This document shows, piece by piece, positions 25,501 through 37,070 of a stretch of DNA of 64,000 nt. The DNA lies in contig OZ316895.1 of assembly GCA_973895155.1 (NCBI GenBank), positions 19,420,803 through 19,484,802 on the forward strand, written 5' to 3'. The DNA comes from Marsupella aquatica. Its lineage: Eukaryota; Plantae; Marchantiophyta. The translations under genes and the position numbers were made by a program. The notes under the pieces were generated by a model. It was not told the origin of the DNA, did no database searches, and worked only from the letters and a program-made list of their open reading frames with translations. Every line of letters starts with the position of its first letter. The first letter of the stretch is position 1.

Positions 25501-26181
25501 CTACATTGTCACACCACAACAATGTGTTTGGCCTATTCTCCACCCATAGCTTGACCTTCCAAGCTCATCCTTATCAAAGAAACTGTCATACAGATCCCTC
25601 TCATATCTCTCCGTCCTCCAGACATAATATGTCACCCAAGACTTCAATGATATAGGTGACATCATGGCGAGGGCATCAATAGGAGGAATTTGACACAAGA
25701 GGACTCAGAACGTGGACGTGGTTGAGTGTTGAGTCCAATGTCGATCTTCAGATTTGCTTTTAACGATGCCCAACAGCACTTTTATGGTTGCCCATCCCTT
25801 TGAGTGAGTCATTAGAAATCTCCATTTCCTACTAACTCTTGACAATACACACATGTTGTTGATTGTGTTGAATGTAGCATCATTATCTTTGCCATGAGCA
25901 TTTGCACATCTGTTTTGAAGTCGAGGCCAAATGTGTCCCTCCGTCAGATCATCCGAGAGGCCGGGGATGAGACTCTACTTTTGGGCTTCCTGACTATGCA
26001 ATGGATAACGTATAGGCTCCTGACCAGAACACCATATTGACAACTTATCAGAAAGAGCTATCAATTTTAGCTCAATAATGGTCATCCTAAATTTCTCATG
26101 ATAACACCTCTGTGCAGTGGATCCTTCCATGTTGAACGAGAGAATAGAGTCAAGTGGAGACCTCCATGATAATGCAACCAA
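25501..26181 (-). pseudogene. TE-borne F-box-like ORF copy B (internal stops)
   Basis: Reading through the stop at 25975 gives YPLHSQEAQK*SLIPGLSDDLTEGHIWPRL...VLSRVSRKWRFLMTHSKGW. Confidence 0.65.
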
Positions 26182-26733
26182 AGAGTGAATAGTGATATAT
26201 ATGGATGATTGACCTCACACATTTTGCCCAAAAATTATGGTTTTATTGCTAGGAGCGATGAACTAAAAAAAGTTTGTCTAAATATTATGGGATGAGGTTT
26301 TCAATATATTACAAGGTCTCCTATATGTTCTCCATCTCAGAGCTCAGGGTCTCTAAGATTTTGCGGATTGTGCCCGCCAACACAATAGACTTATCTCAAA
26401 GACTCTCGCCTACTTCACGAGGACAAAAGTGATGGTAAACAACCTCTCCAAGACACATCTTAGAGACTCTTGCCAACATGAGAAGGACAATTGTGTACTG
26501 CTATGTATCTCGAAGAGGTCACCAACATAACGAGAACACCACACTGAGATTCCGCTCAAATAACATCAAAACTTTTACTATTCAAAATTTATCGTACAAA
26601 ATTGTTCTATTGTTCTATTACGCTAAAATTATGATGAGATGATGCACTACATCAATCTAATGCAGGCTGGTATCTGACATGGCATTCAATGTGGGCAAAC
26701 AACTTTCACTTAATTGGTGCTCAATCAATTCCA

Positions 26734-27336
26734 CTAAAAATTGTCATGATTAACAGGAAGATTGTTATCAAGTCTTTCTTGAACCTGTTCAATGTACCAG
26801 TTATCAACACAAGTCCTTTTCCAAGACTGTACTTGCGCTTGCTCAACAGCATATATTGAGAGGTAGCAGTCCACTTCCTCTGAAGCACATAACAACCAGG
26901 AATCAATCCTTCCATTTAAGATACTATCAAACAACCGACTCCAAACATCAGTCGATGGGAACGCTCTCACTAAATCTCAAAAGAACAAAGGGGTCATTGT
27001 AGCCCATCTTACGCAACAAAATGCTATAGTTGTAGTCATTGCAACCCAAAGTATGGAGTTTGTTATCAAATATCTCCATTTCCTGTTGATATGAGCAACT
27101 GATCGCACCGTCAGGAAGAGAGTCTTCATTGGATGATGACGATCCGAAACTAGATCCAAAACTGCAAAATCTTTGAGCATTGACCAAATCCGGGGCCAGA
27201 TGTGCAACTCCACAAGATCATCAGGCAATCCTGGAATCAAGTTACTCACTAGAGGGTGACATTGTAGGGGATAACAAGGATGTTGAATGCAAGCACGGTC
27301 TTGTTCCTTACTAGCCAGAAGCGTCCGCAATTCCAA
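26734..27336 (-). pseudogene. TE-borne F-box-like ORF copy A (one internal stop)
   Basis: YPLQCHPLVSNLIPGLPDDLVELHIWPRI...VAHINRKWRYLITNSILW. The LIPGLPDD start and R/KWR.L end are typical of plant F-box motifs. The frame continues past the stop at 26977 to 26734. Confidence 0.7.
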
Positions 27337-30300
27337 TCTAAGCTTTTATTGTGTCCTATCGATGAAAAGCTCAAGTCCGCCTGCGCCGGGATCCATAGTA
27401 AGTTTGTAACAAAACAACATGCTTAATTTGAGAGCGGGCCGATGCTCTACCCTCCTAATGTGACCCTGTCCAGCCTAAACCCTAAACACTAAACCAACCG
27501 GGACAACTGATACATAATATTGGACATATTAAACGGTCATTTTCCTAAACCCTAAACCCTAAACCCTAGGCCCAAAAAAGGTGACCCTATTTGGCTATTT
27601 GGTAATGTAAATATTGGCGAGGGTCTTTGAAATACAATGCTGATGAGGGTCTCTGAGATACAATGAGGAAGGAGTCCATGTCAATGGCCACTTTCAGAAC
27701 CTGTTCAATCATGTCAGTGGTGGTCGTCGAGATCAGAGAATACCAACATTTGATACAAGGTTGCCAACCTCAGTTAGAGTCAAGATTGGTTGGTTAACAC
27801 ATTGATCCGTGTCAACATTCCTTTTGAAGATGTTTGCAAAGCACCAGTACAAGTGCTTGCACGGGAAGTAGGCTCTTCCCATAGACTCCCTGTACATAAA
27901 ATTCTTGTAGGAGCAACTTGGGAAGACACAAATTTGTACACAATGTATTGAAGTTTGCCCCCTGCAAGTGTTGTTGACCATGAGCCTCACGGTTGTAGCA
28001 TTCCCTATTTTGATTCTCTTCATTGATGTGCACACAATTGCCTCAGTCTTAGCATTACGGATACGTGTGGTAGCGTACTTGGAGGTGTCTGACCTCCTTT
28101 GCCTTGCCTGGCCATTGCGTCAAGTATCACGCTCATCAGTCATATATTGTAGGATTTATCCACTCTAGGTATGTGTTCAAATCCATTATGATGTCGCCAG
28201 CACTCACCAATTCATTCATAACATCTTCACCAAAAATGACGTCTTGGAGGTGTATGACCTCTTCTTCTGAAAGATTAGTTCCACGAGAGACAGGAAACTT
28301 TGAAGGTAGTGGTGGTAAAACACCGGTAATAAATGGCAAAGAGGATTTGTGCAACACTGGTTGTTTGGGTCAAACCAATACGGATATGGAACACCTGGTT
28401 CATTAAATTTACTCCCAACCAGCCAACAGATACCAACAACGTCTAATCCGCTTACTTTTAGTCCTGCCTCTCTAATAAATTGAGCGCATACTCCCCGTTC
28501 CTTGCCTTTGAATGCACCTTGACAACCTGGAATCTTACCAATCGTTGAGATGCACTCTTACCAATCGTTGAGATGCAAGCCAAAAAGAACATGCTTGGAA
28601 CCAAATCACTTTCCTGAACACGTCTTCTCACGGGCTCCGGACGTGGGTTGACCTCATTGTTTAGGGTTCCACAATGACGACATGATTTGGTTTGCTCAAG
28701 CCAAGAGAGCCATTGGGCGACAAATCCACAACTTCAGCATCTTGGCTTTTCAAGTTTGCGTCCCTGTTTGCAATCCCTTTGAACTTCCTCTTCTTTGGTC
28801 TAATTACCAAAACAATTTCAGGCCGGTGGGAATCTTCTGCTACAACATGATGGCCAGCAGTGGCCTTTCCACATTTCATAGGAACCGTTTCTACATCTCC
28901 GCTAAGCGGGTCCGCGGACAAGAACTCACGCAAGTATGGTTGAGTTACAACGATATTCGATTTAATTTGGAAAGAAAGATTCAACATTCCCAATGGCAGT
29001 AGCATCTCAAGTCAAAATTCAAACAAGCTCGGTCCCCGTCCTTTCCTCCCATTGAGTTTGTAGTTCTTCAAAGCTCCATTCTGGCTCAATGCACAAGATG
29101 CATCCAGGGTACAAGATTGTACTAACCCAACCTTTGTAGTAGATGAGAATTTACACATAGATGCGTGTACCGACCTTGCCCCGCTGTGGTTAGGCATGAG
29201 TGCTGCCTTTTCTTTGTCCATCTCCTGCAATGCCGTTCTACAAAAATTAATTAATTTTGGTCATTTTGGTCATGTATGATATCCGTCAACATGTTGGTTC
29301 TCGACAACAGACAAAAACGGTGTAATAGAGCGTATCTCGAAGAGCTTCGCCAAGATCCAACATGTATCAGGATATCATACATAGAGGGGGAAAGCGTTAA
29401 GACACTTACGAGTCTTAGAAAGTTTCCCCACTGAGAAAACCAAACAATCCACCAAGACATCCATGTGGTGAGCTCCTTCGCTTTTTCTGGTAGCGCATTG
29501 CCCTCATTCCACCACGTTTTTAGCCTCTCAAAAACTTGATAGGCAAGAACTATATTACCAGCATGTCAAAGTGATTCCAACAATTCTTTATGCTCAAATC
29601 TCTTACTTGGGACAATGTGCTTCTGCATTCGCTGTACTAATTGGGCCCAATGAAACGCATCAGAACTCTCTCTATGGGAATTTACCTTTCCATCCCAAAA
29701 TTCATTGCGGATTGCATTCCACCCAGCAGCAGCATTATCAGCCATAAATCCGCAGAACTGCACATTCTTCCATCCATGTTCTTCACATACCCTCCTCATG
29801 ATCTTCCATGCAATTTGCAATGACTTGCTATCTTCTAAAACTAGCTCGCAAACAAAGATTGTGCATTTAAAGCCTTGATAGAAATGGTCATATACGTGTG
29901 CTGACATAGTGCATCATCTGTTGTCAAGTATGCAATGCATGACATCAAACATCACCCAAGAATGCTCAAGATCCCCTCCTGGTTGCATTCTTCAAACGAG
30001 GTCCACTCCTGACCCGGGACCTTCTATACTCATTTTAAAAATGTGTGACGGCTCATTTGTTCCCACGTTCTGGGCTAGGAACAAAACACTTTGGATAAAA
30101 AGAAATGCAGTCTGCTTCCGCATCTCTAGTATCATGCTTACATCAGACGACACATGAGAGTATCTCTTGATGCTCCTGATTGTCGAGCGGAAAACAAATT
30201 TGTCGCCTAGAATGGCCAACATTTCATCAAGATTGTTTGCCTCCTCAGTTGTGACCATCTCAGCCACTGGGTCCTCAAAAATATCTTTAAGTTTCTGTAC

Positions 30301-30596
30301 TGCTTCAATCTTGATCACAATCGGCCGTGCAGTAGGACTTCTCTTCAGTTCCTCCTCCACGAGATTACGCACAAGTGATTGTTGATCTTTGTTGTGCGTG
30401 AACATTGCAGGATGGGTGTGATTCCAACATGCATGGCAACACAAGACTTGTGATAGTAATTAAGGTCATCCTTGGTTGGAGTGATGTAGTACATCTCACT
30501 TGGGCATCCAGCTATACACCTAGGAGGCCTCCTGCAAAAGCTACAAATTACACTCGATGGGGGAACATCGCGTCCAACAGGGAAAGGTAGATCATT

Positions 30597-32354
30597 CACT
30601 AGTACATTTTACCTCCCTCGTTGCATCGGACGCCTTTGGAAAATAAAATCTGAAAAAATCATATATCCGATTCTTCCAACATCATAATATGCCTGTTAAT
30701 AGTATCGGATATCGACAATCGGACTTCTATCGGAAAGTCTGATGGTGAGAGCATGGGAAAGTCTGATTCTGGGAGAATGGGAAAGTCCAATGCTCAAAGA
30801 ATGGGAAAGTCCGATGGTGAGAGCATGGGAAAATCCGATGGTGGGAGCATGGGAAAATCCAAAACAATTAAAATGGGATAAGCATAAGATATCTATTGGA
30901 GCGGGAGCATACGGTCACCCCTCTCTCCCTTTAGATTTCACCCTTCATTCTTCAACTACGAGTGTGGTGCCCCATCTCCTTTTATTACCAATTAATTGGT
31001 CACCCATCCCAGTTGCTATTCCTCGAGCATGCGCTTAACTTGGTGGTTTCTATCCCTTGCATTGTACATGCAAGCTTAGTACTTTTGATGTTTGACTTAG
31101 AGTGTTTGGGGATTTTATACACTTCTGAATTCAACTTTCCATTTACCAACTAATTGGTCACCCATCCCAATGGCTATTCCTCAAGCATGAGCTTAACTTG
31201 GTGGTTTATATTCCTTGCATTGTACATGCAAGCTTAGTACTTCTAATGTTTGACTTGGAGTGTTTGGGAATTTCATACACTTCTTGAGTTTATTTAGACC
31301 CATAATTTGGACCCATTCTTGATGGATTTTGCTGTATCATGACATTTGATTTTTGTGTGAACTATTCAAATTCCCCTCTGACTAGCACTCCCTTGGAGCA
31401 ACCAATAGGAATTTGAGGTCATTTGTGGATAGCAAAGCCCTCCTTTATTAATTGGACCTGATATGGGATATGGCTTATTTGCTAATGGAAGAAATTTTAG
31501 TCCCTCCAAACCTTGGCATCAAGGGCTCTCGATTGTCTCACCTTTATGAATTATGTTGTTGATGAACTTGCAACAAAGACTACACGGGACAAGCAACCTC
31601 CTTTCAGATGATCTATTTTGGACTTTGCATCAGTACGTGCATACTGCTAGAAGGGAACAACATGTCGAGGTCTTGAAAGGGAACAAAAAGGACATGATTG
31701 CAGTCTATTGGCCTCAAGTATGAAATTATTCATACATGCAAGAATGATTGTGTACTCTTTTGGGGGGAGTATGAGGGATGTGACTGCATACATGGGCCAT
31801 CTTAGAACACATGCAATCATAACTTGTCATTCTATCACAATCAAACTTTCCCATTCTTCCAGCATCGGACTTTCCCATTCTACTAGCATCGGACTTTCCC
31901 ATTCTCCAAATATTGGACTTTCCCATTCTCCAAGCATCGGACTTTCCCATTCTACCAGCATCGGACTTTCCCATTCTCCAAGCATTGGACTTTCCCATTC
32001 TACTAGCATCGGACTTTCCCATTCTACCATAATCAAATATAATGTCCGTTATTATCAATTACGGAACCTTTGCAATCAATATTGCAACGCACACTATTTC
32101 CATTACAAACAACATCGGACCTATTAAACAAAGTTTTTGTTGAGGGATCCGATGTATTTTATAACGGATATGATCCATTTTTTAACGCATTGGAAAGGGT
32201 TCCGTTGGTATTTACATAGGAAAAGAAGATATCCGAAGCCAAGAGTATGGCATATTGCCATTCTATGAGAATGGGATTTTCCAATTTCAGGAGAATCGGA
32301 TGCAAATTGTTTGCAAAAATTGAGCATCAAAAAAGTGCGTAATATGTACTAGTG
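30597..32354. mobile_element. Complete non-autonomous CACTA element (1758 bp)
   Basis: CACTAGTACAT...ATGTACTAGTG termini with a perfect 3-bp TSD ATT (30594-30596 / 32355-32357). 24-bp subterminal arrays lie in opposite orientations (30730-30860 and 31845-32030). Confidence 0.95.
31845..32030. repeat. 24-bp tandem array (AGCATCGGACTTTCCCATTCTMCW), about 7-8 units
   Basis: Directly visible. An inverted counterpart GGGAAAGTCCGATG.. lies at 30730-30860. Confidence 0.9.
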
Positions 32355-32899
32355 ATTTGTGCCTGCGTGATCTTGGGTCCACTTTGCAAAATTGTCCTCT
32401 TTGCGCTCCTCAAAATTCTCACAATCCCTATGCAGACAACGTAGAGAACCCAAACACTTCACAGTTTGGATCTTGTAAGAGCGATTGTTGTTGTTTAATT
32501 TTGGGCCAATATTTGCTCTTGTCTCAATCAATCTGCTCCACATGTAACAATCATTCTTCCGCTCCATCCCCAAAAAGAAACACCCCTTTGAGTATGGACC
32601 TGTAAAAGGTGGCAACTCAAAAACATGGTCTCCATCATACACTTCTGGCAGTACGTTGTTGAACTCTCTCCGGCAATTTTGTGCTCAAAATCTTATGAGC
32701 AGCTTGTACACATTGAGACGTCCCTTTCCCGTGTAGCATGGCATGAACAACACTGACAAGGAACTCATCCTTCCATGCTAAATTGCCTTCTCAAAGACCC
32801 TCTCTGAGAAGGAATGCCTTTTGATCGAGGTGTCTCCTTTGGTGGAGTATAAGAAGCTCCTCGATCCTCCCAGAATTGGGATGATTTAGACTTGGGTGT

Positions 32900-33290
32900 A
32901 TTCATCCAAGAAGGTTCATCATCTCGAAGACCTCCTTTGAGATTGAATGCACTTGATTGAGATTTCTCTTTCATTGGTGTATCACCATCTCCAAGATCCT
33001 TCCACATTTGGAATGAATTGGACCCAGGTGTACTTGTCCGAGAAGGTTCACCATCTCGAAGACCCCCTCTGAGATTGAATGCACTTGATCAAGGTTTCTC
33101 CTTCACTGGTGTATCCACATCTCCAACATCTTCCCACATTTGGAATGAATTTTACTGAGGTGTACTCAATCAAGAAGGTCCACCATCTTGAAGACCCCCT
33201 CTGAGATTGATTGCGCTGGGTTCAGGTGTCTCCTTCACTGGCTCATCTGCCTCAGTCTCCAAGATCTTGCCACACTAGCGACAAATTTGA
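32900..33290 (-). repeat. 132-bp coding tandem repeat (about 3 units) in the transposase N-terminus
   Basis: ATCT(C/T)GAAGACC recurs at 32921, 33053 and 33185. Confidence 0.85.
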
Positions 33291-35899
33291 GCGGGGTGTA
33301 CCAACTTGGAGAATGTCCTCCCAAAATTGGGACAATTTTTGACGCGGTGTATTGTTCCATAATTCACTCGGTTCATCAATCTGTGGGGAGTGCGCAAAAT
33401 CTCCAAGACCCTCACTAACATTGCATGAACTCGCTTTCTTTCGGCAGAGAGTATAGGACACGCCACATTTCAGATACCACTCTCGCTCATGAATCTCCAT
33501 TGCCTTTGGATTCAGCAAAAGTGGACAGCCCTTCTTCTCTCTCCTTGTAAATCATGAAATCCCCTACCTTCAAACCAAATCAGCTTGCTACCTCATGCTC
33601 CTTAGTCACTTGAACACTGTCTCCCTCAATCTGACAAAAAACAACAACATCCCCGGTTACTGATTGGATTATCACAAGAGAAGCCATGTGTTCCAAATCC
33701 ACACTGGGAATGTTAGTCCCCAGGCCTTTGGCTTTATACATCAGACGTTAAAGTGTGAGTACCACTTTATGCCAATAATACTGCACTTTCAGGCTTAGAA
33801 CTTGGGCGGTACATCAAATGTTGAAGTCTTTGTACCACTTTATGCCAATAATACCGCACTTTCAGGCTTAGAACTTCATCAGACGTTAAAGTACCTATAC
33901 TTTACACCAAGAATAAAGTTCCGGACAACGTGCGTACCATATAACAATCATAGAATCCGGAGCGTACATATAACTATAACTGTACCTCAAAGAAGGTACC
34001 TATTTGCTAGTGGCCGCCAAGAAGATACAGATTATGCACATCAACAAGGTACATATTTGCCAGCAGCCGCCAAGAAGGCACATGCAAACTTTGGGGATCT
34101 AGTACATTCTCCAAGATTTTGTCCGGCCTTGCCTAAACTTCTTCCGTCGTGCGGCTTATAATCCCCTCTGCAAAAATTCCTGATTTGAAGGATGAACAAA
34201 TTTTTGGCCTACTTCCTACTTGGCAAGGGTCTCTGACATGCAGTCACACTATTTGGCTCTGTCGGCAAGTCTATTTGTCCCATCGGGCAGTCTTTTCTAT
34301 AGCATAATTCATATTTGGCAAGCCTCTACGTGGTGGATTAAGGACTTCCTCGGTTGTCAAGTGTCATTTACTTTCCATCCCAAGTCATTCTCGGCAGGGG
34401 TCTCCGAGATTCTGAGATGGATTCTCATAGACTTTTACCGAAGTAGAATCCTACTTGGCGAGGGTCTCTAACATGCGGTCATGCTATCTAACGAGCCTCT
34501 CTGTGGTGGATTACGGACACCCAACACTTCCTCACTCAAAGTGTCATTTAGTTTCCACCCTAAATTATTCTTGGTGGGGGTCTTCGAGATGGACTCAAGT
34601 TATTTGGGGCAACAGTATTTGTACTCGGCAAGTGTCTCCGAGTTGGTTAAATTGGTTCTCTTGTTGCCCTCGGTCCGTTTTTACCCAAGTTTCCTAGTCG
34701 TGGTGTTGTTACCTTTTGACCTTTAGTCGTACTTGGCGAGCCTCTCTGAGATGGATTTGGGCCTCATCGAGGATGGTAGATCTATACGGACAATGATCCG
34801 TATGGTATTTGATTGTAAAAACTTTAAAAAGTACTATACGGTCAGGCTTTGCATGCACTTTTGGGTTCATCCTCGTATTTCAGCGAGGGTCTCTTACATT
34901 GAATGTGGGATAGAACCAATTTGGGTCCTTCCTTTGAAACAAAATAACTTTAATTTCATCTTGGATAGGGTCTCTAAGAGACACTGTGTAGTTGTAGCTA
35001 ACCCTTTAAAATTGTTAAGAGGGTCAACAAGTTCAAGTGGCCAGACATCAGTCCAATTAAATCTGCACAACATCGATCAATCTTGATAAGCACTCCACTC
35101 ACACAAATTCAAAATCAAACGGCAAAGCAAAATTAAACGGCAAATTGAGCTCGGACTTCCCTTGGATTCACATGCAGGTCCTTGCCATCATGATTCACAT
35201 GCAGTTCCCTGCCATTGCCGATCCACTTCCATTCCCATGCAGCTCCATTGTGATAGAGCCAGATCTTCCATTCGCACGCACTCCCTTGTGTTCCCAAGTG
35301 ACAGAGCCGGTGACAGAGCCTGATCCGCCACGCCGCTTCTACTTCCAACCCTATTATTGATCAGTAGTGGATCACCCTTACTTTACACCCCGCACCCCCA
35401 ATTTTCTTATGCCACGCCCCCAGAGTTACGGTCTAGAGGCTTCACTCTAGACCCTAGGCTGTGAACAGTAGGCTGCAAATGGCACTTTACTAGTAAGATT
35501 GTTTCATGTTGTCATCCCAAATGAACTGGACTGTTCAAAAATAATGTTGTATCTAAATAGCAATAAATTCAATGACAATAATTTTTCATGTATAAGCGGT
35601 AGAAACTTGGTTTGGAACTGCTCCTAGCAACTGTGACCACACCCTTGACTTATATCTGACCTTGTCACATTTGCCAATCTGAAGACTTTAAACTTGAGGA
35701 TGTGGTGGTTCCTTATGTTAATTTTTGGAATCCTTTGTCAAAGAGTACACTTTTACCATAAGAATTTCTTGTTACCAGTTAAGAATTAACTGATAACATG
35801 AAAACTATTACCTATTTCTTGTCACCGCTGCTATACCCTACTATGAGAGTGACCACATTTCTTAATAAACTTATGAATGTTGGTTTTCCCACACTCTAT

Positions 35900-36216
35900 T
35901 TGATGCAATGACCAATAGAAAGTAGTCGGAAACAAGTGCCCTACAATTGTGGCAATATCTGATTCCATCTGCATTGGACCCCTCATGAAAGTCATCGGAG
36001 ACATTTCCAATTTGTTCCTCATTGGAAAACCTCCGATGTCAAAAGTAACGGAAATAGGGACCAATGTTGTCTGTATCGGACATATGATATGCGATGTAAA
36101 AAGAATGGCAAATTGCATTATTTTAAATATTGGAACTTTGCGATGGTGTTAATATCAGAATTTACTGAATACGCACGATACCGGAGCATCGGAAAAATGC
36201 TGAAAATGTACTAGTG
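35900..36216. mobile_element. Another orphan CACTAGTACA-family terminus
   Basis: AAAATGTACTAGTG ends at 36216 and is preceded by ATCGGA/TCCGAT motifs. Confidence 0.75.
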
Positions 36217-36539
36217 AACATCAACCTCAAACAAATTGGAATTCCTGCACCATTTATTTTGCAGAACTCAATCCGAAGAGGATTCTGCCTGTCCCTGAGA
36301 TCAGTACCACCCATCCACAATGCTCCTACACCAAGGGGGAGAACTTTATGTTGCACAAGTTTTTTGTACAACTGATGTGCATGTTTGACACAATTTTGAA
36401 TTTGGATAGCCATTTGTCACTATACTTGAGATCCACTGAGTGCAATTGACCTTGGGTTTTCCTTCCAAAACCTTGCAGCACTGCAACATCACAAAGTAAG
36501 ATGAGTCGCAAAACAACACTCAAGAACAATACTAGTCAT

Positions 36540-37070
36540 GCGAGTCCGATAAGTTTGTCGCACTTTGCATTCATCTAGAATGATAGGGCTCTATCACACA
36601 CTGAACTTTGGATTAGAATGAAGATTCCGATAAATTTATAGAATGAAGATTCCGATAAATTTACAGAATGAAGACTTTGTGTGAACCTAAAGCCCTTAAT
36701 CCAGCCCAAGAATGCACACTTCAATAATTTTATTGGATGTTCTCTAAAAACCATCTACAATCCATTAGAGGAATGAAGCCTCCGATAAATTTATCGGAGT
36801 CTCAAATAATCCTCAATCTGTCCCAGGAATGAAGACTCCGACAAATTTATTGGACTCTAAGAAAACCCTGAATCCAGTCTATGAATGCGCACTCCGATAA
36901 CTTTATCAGATATTCTTCAAATATATTCAATGCAGCAAAGGAATGCAGAATGCGATATATTTATCGCAGTTTGCTTGGATCAATCATGACATTGACAACA
37001 AATGACAAGTAAACCGTATCTAGATGATACTTGAACTGGAATGAAAGTTTTGATAAATTTATCGGGTTTT
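36540..37070. repeat. Degenerate tandem array (about 56-60 bp units), each containing a palindrome CTCCGATAAATTTATCGGAG
   Basis: Perfect 20-bp palindrome at 36780-36799. Variants at about 36545, 36626, 36651, 36720, 36836, 36892, 36951 and 37049, most preceded by GAATG. Confidence 0.8.

Larger units (their letters stand above)
27733..33687 (-). pseudogene. Mutator-like transposase: GCM-like Zn DNA-binding domain, DDE core and SWIM finger; fragmented
   Basis: In order: putative ATG at 33687; S/T-P-rich 132-bp repeats; VKCLGSLRCLHRDC...CSFC..RCIAGC..YY..MH.G (GCM/WRKY-like); WVMFDVMH..TMSAHVYD; FMADNAAAGWNAIR..RESSDAFHW; P...ARSVHAS..GRGPS; PSCSY..F..PCKHLYW (SWIM). Interrupted by stops, frameshifts and a CACTA insertion. 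Confidence 0.75.
22436..35040 (-). mobile_element. Large decayed Mutator-like DNA transposon with cargo genes (boundaries approximate)
   Basis: Co-oriented transposase, two F-box-like ORFs and an AT-hook ORF. The spacers share a dispersed TTGGCGAGGGTCTCTGAGAT motif. A ~200 bp direct repeat links 24600-24870 and 34843-35033. No paired TIR or TSD was found. Confidence 0.6.

Noticed and set aside
31708-32127. ORFs with SIGLSHS / EWESPM repeats (also 30742-31038)
   Set aside because: These are translations of the 24-bp CACTA subterminal arrays and are open in several frames and on both strands.
36540-37070. CRISPR-like appearance (palindromic repeats with variable spacers)
   Set aside because: The context is eukaryotic, the repeats are degenerate, the spacers partly resemble each other, and no cas genes are present.
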